Positions 8,328 through 16,840 of a stretch of 25,727 bases of DNA are shown one piece after another (positions within the stretch are counted from its first letter, which is position 1; every line of letters begins with the position of its first letter). A model generated the notes under the pieces. It was not told where the DNA came from and did not search any database. It saw only the letters and a list, made by a program, of their open reading frames with translations. Position numbers and translations under genes: made by a program. Where the stretch lies: assembly GCA_031364525.1 (NCBI GenBank), contig JANLWM010000185.1, forward strand, positions 1 to 25,727, read 5' to 3'. The stretch is from Chloroflexota bacterium (GTDB taxonomy: Bacteria > Chloroflexota > Limnocylindria > P2-11E).

Positions 8328-9011
8328 CTACAGCCCGGGCACGTAGTCCAGAGCGATCGCGGCGATGAGGATCGCGATCCCGGCGGTCAGGATCAATGCG
8401 AGCGGCACGAGGTAGAACAGCACGACCGCGATCAGGAACACGATCGCGGCGCGCCCGGCCGGGAGCGCGTAGTGACGCTCGATCGCGCGCCAGACCATGA
8501 CCGCGAGCCACAGAAGACAGGCGGTGCCGATGAGCTGCGCGATCGGCGCGCCGGCGCTCTGGCCGCTGCCGAGCAGCGCGGCGGCACCATCGGCTGGGAT
8601 CCTCGTGAGTGCGGTCGCATAGCCGAAGAAGATGAGCATCGGCCGGAGCGGCCGTCGAACGCCGTCGATGCGGGCGGCGGCGTGCACGGCCGTCGATCCA
8701 AGGAGCCAGACGAACAGCGGGCTGAACGCGGTCACGACGATGAGCGCGGTCCAGACCTGCTCGATCAGATAGCCGATGATCGCAGCGCGATCGCGGCCGA
8801 GCGTATCGATGAGCGCAACGATCGCCGGGCTGCGCGTATCGCCATAGAGGATGCTGGCCACCGGGACATCCGCCGCGAACCGCGCCGCGTTGACGGCGGC
8901 GACCGCGGTGGCCGCGAGGACGAGCGCCACCGCGATGGGAAGCTGCCCGCCGGCAAGGATCGCCACCGCGCCGCGCCGCGGCGAGCGCGCGAGCGTGAGG
9001 AGCTCGTTCAC
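8328..9011 (-). CDS. Yip1-like multi-pass membrane protein
   Basis: About 5 hydrophobic segments with LLGSTAVHAAARI and AIERHYALPAGRAAIV patterns. The GTG start overlaps the upstream TGA (GTGA). Confidence 0.6.
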   Translation of the reverse strand: MNELLTLARSPRRGAVAILAGGQLPIAVALVLAATAVAAVNAARFAADVPVASILYGDTRSPAIVALIDTLGRDRAAIIGYLIEQVWTALIVVTAFSPLFVWLLGSTAVHAAARIDGVRRPLRPMLIFFGYATALTRIPADGAAALLGSGQSAGAPIAQLIGTACLLWLAVMVWRAIERHYALPAGRAAIVFLIAVVLFYLVPLALILTAGIAILIAAIALDYVPGL

Positions 9012-10114
9012 CGGAATGCTGCCGCGAGCGCGTCCTCTGCCGCCTGATCCGTCGCAGCGTCGATGGCGGCCCGCTTCTCGCCGGTCCAAGCCGGCGGGTG
9101 CGCGTCGTGCAGCTCCTCGGGGATCGGAGCACCGAGCATGACGAGGTACTCGATCGACCAGCCGCGGGCGACCGCGTCCAGGTCATAGCCACCGCCACCC
9201 ATCGCGACCCACGGCAGCCCGAAGCTGCGGAACGACCGGACCGCGTGCTCGCGCGCGCGCGTCGACACCTGCAGATGCGTCAGCGGGTCGGTGAAGTGCG
9301 AATCGATGCCCTGCTGCGTGACGAGGACGTCGGGGTGGTAGCGCTCGATGAGCGGCGGCACGACCGCGTCGAACGCCGCCGTATAGGCCCGGTCGTCCGT
9401 GTACGCAGGCAGAGCGACGTTGATGCTGTACCCGGCACCGCGTCCGGTGCCGCGCTCCTCCGCGAAGCCCGTTCCCGGGAACAGGGTGCGGCCGCTCTCG
9501 TGGAGCGAGATCGTGAGGACCGCATCGGTGTCGTAGAAGGCTGCCTGCACGCCGTCGCCGTGGTGCGCATCGATATCGACGTACGCGACCTTCAAGCCGC
9601 GGTCCGCGAGCAGGCCGCACACGATCGCCGGATCGTTGTAGATACAGAACCCGGAGGCCCGGCGCCGCATCGCGTGGTGCAGCCCACCCGCGCCGTTGAA
9701 CGCCACCCGCAGCCGGCCGGCCAGGACCTCTTCCATCGCTCGGAGGGTGCCGCCGGTCGTGAGGAGTGACGCAGCGTGCATCCCTGCGAACGCGGGTGTG
9801 TCCCCGTCCGCGGACAGACCCCAACGTGAGTGATCGAGCTCGGGGTCCACGGACGCGATGCGGACGGCTTCGACGTACTCGGGGGCGTGGATGCGCTCGA
9901 TCTCAGCGATGGTCGCATCTCGTGGCGCGAGAACGACCGCGTTCGGCAGATCGAAGGCGCCGATCCGGGCGAGCGTGTCGTGGACTCCGATGAGCCGCCG
10001 CGGCTTGAGCGGATGGTCGTCGCGATAGACATGCGACGCGAGGCGCGGATCCCAGAGGAATCCAGCGCCGTCGGAGGTGCTCAGCGCTCCAGCGTCTCCA
10101 TCAGCTCCCGCCAT
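9008..10114 (-). CDS. acuC: Zn-dependent histone-deacetylase-family protein (AcuC-like)
   Basis: [36 protein letters not shown] and GGGGY are all intact. The start is uncertain (ATG 10114 or near 10084). Confidence 0.9.
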   Translation of the reverse strand: MAGADGDAGALSTSDGAGFLWDPRLASHVYRDDHPLKPRRLIGVHDTLARIGAFDLPNAVVLAPRDATIAEIERIHAPEYVEAVRIASVDPELDHSRWGLSADGDTPAFAGMHAASLLTTGGTLRAMEEVLAGRLRVAFNGAGGLHHAMRRRASGFCIYNDPAIVCGLLADRGLKVAYVDIDAHHGDGVQAAFYDTDAVLTISLHESGRTLFPGTGFAEERGTGRGAGYSINVALPAYTDDRAYTAAFDAVVPPLIERYHPDVLVTQQGIDSHFTDPLTHLQVSTRAREHAVRSFRSFGLPWVAMGGGGYDLDAVARGWSIEYLVMLGAPIPEELHDAHPPAWTGEKRAAIDAATDQAAEDALAAAFR

Positions 10115-11031
10115 TCGCCCGGCGACATCCCGCTGGATTCCCGTTCGACCGGCTCCCCACGCAGGAGCCTCTTGACGACCGCGAGCCCCTTGGCCGAGAG
10201 GTCAAATGCGCCCATCCGGTAGTCGGTGAATGCCGCCGACGTGAGGGGGACCCACTGCCTCACCACATCGAGCAGCGCATCGGCGTACATCCGGATCTCG
10301 TACTGCGCGTGGGGCGCCGCGCGAAGGTTCAAGAAGTGCAGCAGGTTGTGGAGGTCGATCTTCCAATAGAGCTGCGTGTACAGGCTCACGGGCAGGTTCA
10401 TGCGGGCGAGCTCGCGGGCGAGGCCCTGTCGGTCGGGGTCGACGATCTGGCCGTCGATCTCATTCAGCATCTCTTCGTAGTGGGTGTATGACCGCGTGGC
10501 ATCGTCACGGAGGATATCCAGGACCCGCGCCGCCTCCGTTGCGGTCAGCACGTCGCCGCGGCCCTGACGGTTCGTCCGCGCCTGGGCCGCAAGATTTCCG
10601 GTATCCGGCATGTAGAACTCGTTATCGAGGACGGAATAGCGCCCGCTCACCTCGTTCAAATTGGCCAGGCGATGCCTGATCCACTGCCTCGCTACGAAGA
10701 TCGGCATCTTCACGTGGATCTTGATCTCGCACATCTCGAACGGAGACGTGTGCCGGTGGCGCATCAGGTAGTTGATGAGGCCGGCGTCCTCGCGGATCTT
10801 CTTCGTGCCGGCGCCGTACGACACGCGCGCGGCCTGGACGACGGCCGCGTCGTCACCCATGTAGTCGATCACCCGGATGAAGCCGTGGTCGAGGACGGGG
10901 ATGGGCTCGTAGAGGAGCGCTTCCATCGCCGGCACGGTCGCGCGGCGGGTCTCGCTGTGCGTCTGGCGCTGAGCCTCGACCTCGGTGCGCTGCGAATGCG
11001 TGAGGGGCGCGGGCCTCTCGAGGGTGTCCAC
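10081..11031 (-). CDS. thyX: FAD-dependent thymidylate synthase
   Basis: [28 protein letters not shown] (RHRx7S) and ELARMNLP motifs. Confidence 0.97.
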   Translation of the reverse strand: MDTLERPAPLTHSQRTEVEAQRQTHSETRRATVPAMEALLYEPIPVLDHGFIRVIDYMGDDAAVVQAARVSYGAGTKKIREDAGLINYLMRHRHTSPFEMCEIKIHVKMPIFVARQWIRHRLANLNEVSGRYSVLDNEFYMPDTGNLAAQARTNRQGRGDVLTATEAARVLDILRDDATRSYTHYEEMLNEIDGQIVDPDRQGLARELARMNLPVSLYTQLYWKIDLHNLLHFLNLRAAPHAQYEIRMYADALLDVVRQWVPLTSAAFTDYRMGAFDLSAKGLAVVKRLLRGEPVERESSGMSPGEWRELMETLER

Positions 11032-11039
11032 CGGAAACG

Positions 11040-11045
11040 AGTCTA
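11040..11045 (-). promoter_or_regulatory. Putative -10 element (TAGACT) for leaderless thyX
   Basis: Hexamer 8 nt before GTG 11031, with no Shine-Dalgarno sequence. Confidence 0.5.
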
Positions 11046-11061
11046 GGACGGGCTCGGCCTC

Positions 11062-12498
11062 CTAGGGTGTCGTGCCGATCACGGCCATGCAGCCGCTGCG
11101 GAACGCGACCCGGTCGACGGCGAGCGGGAACGATCCGGTGAAGTCGGCGAACGATCTGTCCAGGGCGGCGACGAGCTGATCCTTCACGTTCCCGGGGACC
11201 GGACCGAGGTCGAGATCCCTCGTCCTCATGAAGAGCTTTCCGTCCCGAGCGCCCGCGATGACGTTCGCCGTTGCCGGCACGGTGAGCGGGCCGGCCGAGG
11301 CTTGCGCGCTCAGGTGCACGCCGTCGCGGTCGATCGTCACGATGATCCCGCTGACCGGCACCGGGAGATTCGCGCTCTTGACCCCGTCGGTGGCGGCCTG
11401 GGTCAGCTCGGCCGCGCTCAGCACGATCGCCGCGGGCTGCTTCGGCGCCTGGCGCCCGTACGCGCCGAGGGCCCCGCCGCGCTCCGAGATCGGGCCGGAT
11501 GAGAACACGCGGCCGGTGGCCTCGGCGCCGCACACGCTGGTGACGACCTCGGCGGCGGTGAAGCCGGACGTCGCGAGCGCGCCGGTCGCGGGAGCGGTGA
11601 TGCCCAGCGTCGTTCGCACGAGATCACCGAGCGCGAGATTCGTCGTGAGCTTCGTGGAGAAGTCGGTCGTCGCGCCGCGCGTGCCGTCGACGGTGAGCGT
11701 CGCGCCGGGCGACGCGGCTGCAGCGGTCAGCGCGAGGGAGTACGTCCCGCCAACGGGGCCGTCGATCGAGACGACCGCACCCGAGAAGTTGCACCCCGGG
11801 ATCTGGCGGAGTGCGGTGCTGCACTGGAGCCCGCGGGGGTCGATGATCGTGAAGCCGACGTTCGCAGACGGCGTGAACCGGATCCGCGGGCTCGGCGCCT
11901 GCGGCGACGGGTTCGCCGGGGCCTGGCCGCCCTGCGGCACCTGGACCTCCTGCCCGGCGCCCACGGTCGTCTGCCCGCCCGACACCGCCTGGACGACGAC
12001 CTCACCCTCGGTCGTCTTGATCGTGGTGGTCGTCACGCCGTTCACGATCTCCACCACGGTCTCGAACGCGGTGCCGCGGACGGCGGCGGTCGAGGTCGGC
12101 GTCTTGATCTCGAACTTCGAGCTGCTGCCAAGCTTCTGGACCGAGGCCCAGGTGCGGCCGAGGGTCTGCTCGATGCTCACCTGGATCCCGCCATCGCTGG
12201 TCTTCGTGAGGCTGGCCACCCGGACCTGCGAGCCGGACTGGACCGTGAGCGTGCTCCCCTCGAAGAACGTCACGACGGCGTTGCCGGCGGCGTTGGCGCG
12301 CACCACGTCGCCGCTGGTGAGGAGGTCGCCGTCGAATGCGGGGCTGAAGTCGCCGCCGCTCTTTTGCGCGTCGACCTGCCCGTGCAGCACGGAGAGCGTC
12401 GCAGCATTCGCGATCGAAAGTCCACCACCGCGCGGAAAGAACAGGAACGCGCCGGCGGCAACGACCACCACGAGCAGGACGATCGCGAAGCGCTTCAC
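11062..12498 (-). CDS. Exported or membrane-anchored FecR-domain protein with a C-terminal LmeA/DUF2993-like region
   Basis: N-terminal signal or TM segment; FecR motifs LLTSGDVVRA..GNAVVTFFEGSTL and EIKTPTSTAAVRGTAF. The C-terminal domain call is tentative. Confidence 0.75.
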   Translation of the reverse strand: MKRFAIVLLVVVVAAGAFLFFPRGGGLSIANAATLSVLHGQVDAQKSGGDFSPAFDGDLLTSGDVVRANAAGNAVVTFFEGSTLTVQSGSQVRVASLTKTSDGGIQVSIEQTLGRTWASVQKLGSSSKFEIKTPTSTAAVRGTAFETVVEIVNGVTTTTIKTTEGEVVVQAVSGGQTTVGAGQEVQVPQGGQAPANPSPQAPSPRIRFTPSANVGFTIIDPRGLQCSTALRQIPGCNFSGAVVSIDGPVGGTYSLALTAAAASPGATLTVDGTRGATTDFSTKLTTNLALGDLVRTTLGITAPATGALATSGFTAAEVVTSVCGAEATGRVFSSGPISERGGALGAYGRQAPKQPAAIVLSAAELTQAATDGVKSANLPVPVSGIIVTIDRDGVHLSAQASAGPLTVPATANVIAGARDGKLFMRTRDLDLGPVPGNVKDQLVAALDRSFADFTGSFPLAVDRVAFRSGCMAVIGTTP

Positions 12499-12558
12499 TC
12501 TTCCCTCAACCCTCTGTGCTGTTCGCGAGGCTATCAGAGGGGCAGCCGCGGGCAGGTG

Positions 12559-13101
12559 TCAGCGGACCGCCAGTTTCTCCCAGTCATCACGAAGTACCTC
12601 GCAGCGCCACTGGTCATGCCAGCGACCCTCGCGGAAGTAGTGCTCGCGTTCGACACCGGTCTCCGTATAGCCGGCCTTCAGCAGCGCGCGCCGGCTCGGC
12701 TCGTTCTCGACGAACGTGCTGGAGGACAGCTTGTGCAGATTCAGCTGCCGGAAGGCGTACTCGGTGCGCAGCCGCATGGCCACAGAGGCGTGACCCTTGC
12801 CCCAGGCGGTCCGATCGCCGATGACGATGCCGGTCGATCCGCGCGCGTGCAGCCAGTCGATCCCGTGGATGCCGGTCGCGCCGATGGCCTGGCCTCCGAC
12901 GTCGAGCATCCAGAGGATGTCCGTTGACGACTCGCCGATCTTCTTGAGGTGGCCCTGCTCCTGGAGGAGCCCGATGCCGGTCCTGCGGACCAGGTAGCGC
13001 GTGACCTCGAGATCGGCGAACCAGTCGACGAATCGCTGCGTATCGGAGTCGTCCGGTGGCCGGAGCGTGACCGTGGCTCCGGTCAATACGGGTCCGTACA
13101 T
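12559..13101 (-). CDS. GNAT N-acetyltransferase, RimJ/RimL family
   Basis: VTLRPP, GIVIGDRTAWGKGHAS, AFRQLNLHKL, NEPSRRALLKAGY and EGVEREHYFREGRWHD-type C-terminus. Confidence 0.9.
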   Translation of the reverse strand: MYGPVLTGATVTLRPPDDSDTQRFVDWFADLEVTRYLVRRTGIGLLQEQGHLKKIGESSTDILWMLDVGGQAIGATGIHGIDWLHARGSTGIVIGDRTAWGKGHASVAMRLRTEYAFRQLNLHKLSSSTFVENEPSRRALLKAGYTETGVEREHYFREGRWHDQWRCEVLRDDWEKLAVR

Positions 13102-13136
13102 GTGCGCGGGTGATGCTAGCGCGGCATCATGGACCG

Positions 13137-14633
13137 ATGCGTCTCCACTTTCTCGGGGCTGCGCGCACCGTCACCGGCTCGCAGTACCTCCTCGAGACCG
13201 ATCGCGCGCGCGTCCTCGTCGATTGCGGGATGTTCCAGGGAAGCCCGCACGACATCGTGCGGAACCGCGTGCCCTTCGCGTACGACCCTCGGGCGATCGA
13301 TGCCCTCCTGCTCACCCACGCGCATCTCGATCACTGCGGGCTGATCCCCCACGTCAGCGCGGAGGGCTTTCACGGTCCGGTGTACGCGACGCGGGGCACC
13401 GTCGAGCTCGCTCGGCTCGTGCTGCTGGACTCGGCCAAGCTGCAGGAGGAATCCGCGGCAAGCCACCAGCGTTTCGCGCTGCGCCACCCCGATCGGGCGC
13501 TCGCCGAGGACCGGGCCGCCGCCGCCCAGATCGCCGCCGCGACGGCGGCCGACGCAGAGACGGCGACGCGCACCGCCCAGCCGGAGGCGCTCACGTACCT
13601 CCGCGAGCCGCTCTACACGACACCGGCCGCGACCGAGTCGCTGTCCCGATTCAAGGGCATCGAGTACGGGCAGGTGATCGAGATCGCGCCGGGAGTGACC
13701 GCGACCTACCTGGATGCCGGCCACATCCTGGGCTCGGCCATCATCCGCGTGACCGCGCGCGACAACAGCGGCGAGCGGTCCATCGTGTTCAGCGGTGACC
13801 TCGGCCGGCCGGGCACGCCGATCGTTCGGGACCCGACCCCGATCCGCGACGGCGACTACCTGCTGGTGGAATCGACCTACGGCGGGCGGACCCACGAGCC
13901 GCAGGAGGAGGCGATCCGCCTCCTGGGCGAAGCGGTGACCGCGACGTACGACGCGAAGGGCGTGCTGCTGATGCCGTCCTTCGCGATCGGCCGCTCCCAG
14001 GAGATCGTGTACGAGCTCGACCGGCTGCTCAGCGCGCGACGGATGCCCCACCTGCCCCTCTATCTCGATTCTCCGATGTCGGGGAAAGCGACCGAGATCT
14101 ATCGCGCGTTCGCGGAGTACTTCGACGACGACGCGCGCAAGCTGATCGCGTCCACCGAATCGCCGCTCGACTATCCGGGCGCGACCGTCGTGGCTGACGG
14201 CAAGGCGTCGCTCGCGCTCGACACGGGCGCCGCGCGGCCATTCGGCATCGTCGCCTCGAACGGCATGATCACCGGCGGTCGGATCGTGCAGCACGTGAAG
14301 TCCTTCGTCGGTGATCCGGGGATGACCCTCCTCTTCGTCGGGTACCAGGGCGAGAACACGGTCGGCGCCCGGCTGCAACAGGGTGCCAAGAGCGTGCGCA
14401 TCGACGGGCAGGACCTCGAGGTGCGCTGCCAGGTGCGATCCATCAGCGGCTTCTCGGCGCACGCCGACGAGCCGGAGCTCCTCGCGTGGCTGCGGAACTT
14501 CACGCGTGCGCCGAAGCTCACGTTCATCGTGCACGGCGATCCTGCCGCGCAGGCGGCCTTCGAGCCGAAGGTCCAGGCCCTCGGCTTCGCGACCAAGGTG
14601 CCGGCATGGCGCGAGGTCGTCGAGCTCACATGA
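13137..14633 (+). CDS. MBL-fold beta-CASP ribonuclease (Ysh1/CPSF73-like bacterial family)
   Basis: MRLHFLGAARTVTGS, THAHLDH, DAGHILGS, SGDLG, ESTYG, FSAHAD and VHGD motifs. Confidence 0.93.
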   Translation: MRLHFLGAARTVTGSQYLLETDRARVLVDCGMFQGSPHDIVRNRVPFAYDPRAIDALLLTHAHLDHCGLIPHVSAEGFHGPVYATRGTVELARLVLLDSAKLQEESAASHQRFALRHPDRALAEDRAAAAQIAAATAADAETATRTAQPEALTYLREPLYTTPAATESLSRFKGIEYGQVIEIAPGVTATYLDAGHILGSAIIRVTARDNSGERSIVFSGDLGRPGTPIVRDPTPIRDGDYLLVESTYGGRTHEPQEEAIRLLGEAVTATYDAKGVLLMPSFAIGRSQEIVYELDRLLSARRMPHLPLYLDSPMSGKATEIYRAFAEYFDDDARKLIASTESPLDYPGATVVADGKASLALDTGAARPFGIVASNGMITGGRIVQHVKSFVGDPGMTLLFVGYQGENTVGARLQQGAKSVRIDGQDLEVRCQVRSISGFSAHADEPELLAWLRNFTRAPKLTFIVHGDPAAQAAFEPKVQALGFATKVPAWREVVELT

Positions 14634-15271
14634 GCCCGGCCTTCGACGGCGTCTGCTTCGACTTCGGCGACACGCTCTTCTACAGCCCCGATGGTGCAGC
14701 CGTGCTCAGCGAAGCCGGCGTCCCTCCGGCTGCGGCGCGCGAGCTCTGGGACAGGATCTGGCTTGCCTCGAAGGCGCCGGAAGCGCTCGCGGTGAAGCGA
14801 GACCTCTCCCCCGAGGCCCACCGGTCCGGGTGGCTCACGCTCTTCGCGCAAGCCGACACGCATCGGCCGGGGCTCTCGGCCCTTCTCTACGAACGCGTGA
14901 TGGACCACACCAAGTGGATCCCCTTTCCGGACACCGAGGCCGTGCTCCGCGAGCTCGATCGGCGTCAGGTGAAGGTGGGCGTCGTGAGCAATGTGGCCGA
15001 GGACCTTCGCCCGGTCTTCGCGAAGCACGGCTGGGCGGACCTCGTGGACGGTTTCGCCCACTCCTATGAGCACGGCGTCGAGAAGCCTGACGTGCGGCTG
15101 TTCCTCGCGGCGTGCGCGGCCATCGGAACGGCTCCAGCGAGAACACTGGTCGTCGGCGACCATCCGGTGGACGGTGGCGCGGTGATGGCCGGGTGCACGG
15201 TGCTGCTCCTTCCGCACACCGAGCCTGGTGAGCGGCATGGCCTGGGGCGCGTGCTCGACCTCCTCGTCTAG
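14630..15271 (+). CDS. HAD-superfamily hydrolase (class IA)
   Basis: FDFGDTL, VVSN, EKPD and VGD motifs. ATGA overlap with the upstream gene. Confidence 0.88.
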   Translation: MSPAFDGVCFDFGDTLFYSPDGAAVLSEAGVPPAAARELWDRIWLASKAPEALAVKRDLSPEAHRSGWLTLFAQADTHRPGLSALLYERVMDHTKWIPFPDTEAVLRELDRRQVKVGVVSNVAEDLRPVFAKHGWADLVDGFAHSYEHGVEKPDVRLFLAACAAIGTAPARTLVVGDHPVDGGAVMAGCTVLLLPHTEPGERHGLGRVLDLLV

Positions 15272-15918
15272 GTCGCGGGCCCAGCCTCTGCGCCGATGTG
15301 GAGGAGCCCGACGACCGCTCCGGTCATGTCGCGGACCGGCTGGAAGATGAGGTTCACCCGGCTTTCGCGCTCGGAGCCATCAGCGTGTTTCCAGCGCACG
15401 GTCGTCGGCTGTCCCGTCGACCACGGCCGGCCACTGCGATACGCACCGTCCAGCGCCGCTCCGAATTGTGGGTCGAGATCCGGGTAGACCTCGCGCACCG
15501 TCTTGCCGACCAGGTCCTCGGGCGATCGGCCGGCGACCTCCGCCGCGATCCGGTTCACGAAGGTGTAGCGGTGCTCCGGGCCCTGGCTCACGGCGACCAT
15601 GAACGGCGCCTGGGCGTAGGCCGTGGCCTCCGCATCGAGCGAGGCCGGGGTCGCGCTCGCGCCGACGGGTGACGGGGGCGACCTGCGCCTGGCGACCGTG
15701 AGGCCGAAGCCGGCTTCGGAGAGGGCGAGCGCGATGAGCGCGCTCCGATTGGCCAGGTCGAGCTTCTGGTAGATCCGGGTGAGGGTCGCTTCGACGGCCC
15801 GCTCGCTCACCCCGAGTCGCGCCGCCAGCTCCTTATTGGGGAGGCCGCGTGCGACCAGGCCGACGATCTCGAGCTGATGCTCGGTCAGGGTCGCCACCGG
15901 CTCGTTCCCTTCCGCCAT
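15268..15918 (-). CDS. LuxR-type HTH plus C-terminal PAS-domain regulator
   Basis: LTEHQLEIVGLVARGLPNKELAARLGVSERAVE (LuxR HTH), then APFMVAVSQGPEHRYTFVN...GKTVREVYP...QPVRDMTGAVVG (PAS_4-like). Confidence 0.88.
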   Translation of the reverse strand: MAEGNEPVATLTEHQLEIVGLVARGLPNKELAARLGVSERAVEATLTRIYQKLDLANRSALIALALSEAGFGLTVARRRSPPSPVGASATPASLDAEATAYAQAPFMVAVSQGPEHRYTFVNRIAAEVAGRSPEDLVGKTVREVYPDLDPQFGAALDGAYRSGRPWSTGQPTTVRWKHADGSERESRVNLIFQPVRDMTGAVVGLLHIGAEAGPAT

Positions 15919-15934
15919 GCACCTTCCCCGCGCG

Positions 15935-15948
15935 TACGGAAACCCGTA
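15935..15948. promoter_or_regulatory. Inverted repeat TACGG-N4-CCGTA, candidate regulator site
   Basis: Perfect 5-bp arms in the divergent gap, 16 nt upstream of the LuxR-PAS start codon. Confidence 0.4.
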
Positions 15949-16012
15949 TCTGGCACCGAACGGTACAGCGCCGTCTCATATGCGGCAGCAGGCACACGGG
16001 GGAGCGTCCGGG

Positions 16013-16363
16013 ATGAAATCGGTGCTCGTGGTCGAGGACGATCCGGCGGTCGGCGAGACGATCCGCGCCATCCTCGAGGAGTCGTATCGCGTCGACGTCG
16101 TGACCGTGAGCGGGACGCTGCCGCTCGGCGCGGAGGCCGCACTCGTGATCACCGATCTCGTCAGCCGGTCCGGATACGACAGCGCTGCGGCGATCCGCCA
16201 GGTGCGCGAGATCCGGGTCCGGACCAGCGCTCCGGTGCTGGTCCTCACCGCCCACCGCGAGGCGAAGAGCGATGGTGGGCTCGTGGGTGAGGCGAACGCG
16301 GTCATGACGAAGCCCTTCGAGATCGACGAGCTCATCGCGATGGTCGACCGCCTGGCGGTGTAG
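16013..16363 (+). CDS. Single-domain response regulator (receiver only)
   Basis: VLVVEDD, phospho-acceptor ITDL, LTA and TKPFEIDEL. GGGGAG Shine-Dalgarno sequence before ATG 16013. Confidence 0.88.
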   Translation: MKSVLVVEDDPAVGETIRAILEESYRVDVVTVSGTLPLGAEAALVITDLVSRSGYDSAAAIRQVREIRVRTSAPVLVLTAHREAKSDGGLVGEANAVMTKPFEIDELIAMVDRLAV

Positions 16364-16369
16364 CCGGGA

Positions 16370-16840
16370 TCAGCGCGGCGGGAAGTGCGGCTGCAGCTCG
16401 ATCACGTGCTCATGCGAGTGGCGACCGTGGTAGGCGCCGAGCCATCCCGCGGACACTGCTCCCCGCTCGGCATGCAGACCCAGACGGTCGGCGGCGCCGG
16501 GCTGTTGCAGCAGTTGGACGAGCTGGGCATGCGCCGCCTGCATCCGTTTCGCGAGCACCATCGGATCCGCGTCGTTGTTCCGCCGCTCCGCTTGCATGGC
16601 GTCTTGATCGACCGACGGGAGGACCGGCCGGTCCTCGGTCGTGCAGCGGCGGACGCGTTCGGCGAAGACCTCGGCAAGGTCCGCGATGTGGCCGATGACC
16701 TCTTTCGCGGTCCAATCGCCGATCCGGACGGCGCGCAGCTCCGGATCCGGCGTCCGCCGCACGAGCGCCGAGATCGTGGCCGCGTCATCCGCCAGGGTGA
16801 AGGCGGTGTCCTCGTCGTAGCCCAGGTCGTCGGTCTTCAT
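16370..16840 (-). CDS. DinB/YfiT family metal-binding protein
   Basis: WTAKEVIGHIAD, PVLPSVDQD and C-terminal HSHEH His triad. ATGA overlap with the alkA-like stop. Confidence 0.82.
   Translation of the reverse strand: MKTDDLGYDEDTAFTLADDAATISALVRRTPDPELRAVRIGDWTAKEVIGHIADLAEVFAERVRRCTTEDRPVLPSVDQDAMQAERRNNDADPMVLAKRMQAAHAQLVQLLQQPGAADRLGLHAERGAVSAGWLGAYHGRHSHEHVIELQPHFPPR

Noticed and set aside
11228-12640. 470-aa plus-strand ORF
   Set aside because: Antisense to the FecR-domain gene. Long shadow ORFs are expected at this GC content.
7292-14300. parS-like CACGTG cores near the ParB-like gene (about 8090, 10711 and 14293)
   Set aside because: All lie inside coding sequence and lack the full TGTTTCACGTGAAACA palindrome.
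13116-14534. 472-aa minus-strand ORF
   Set aside because: Antisense to the beta-CASP nuclease, with no recognisable motifs.
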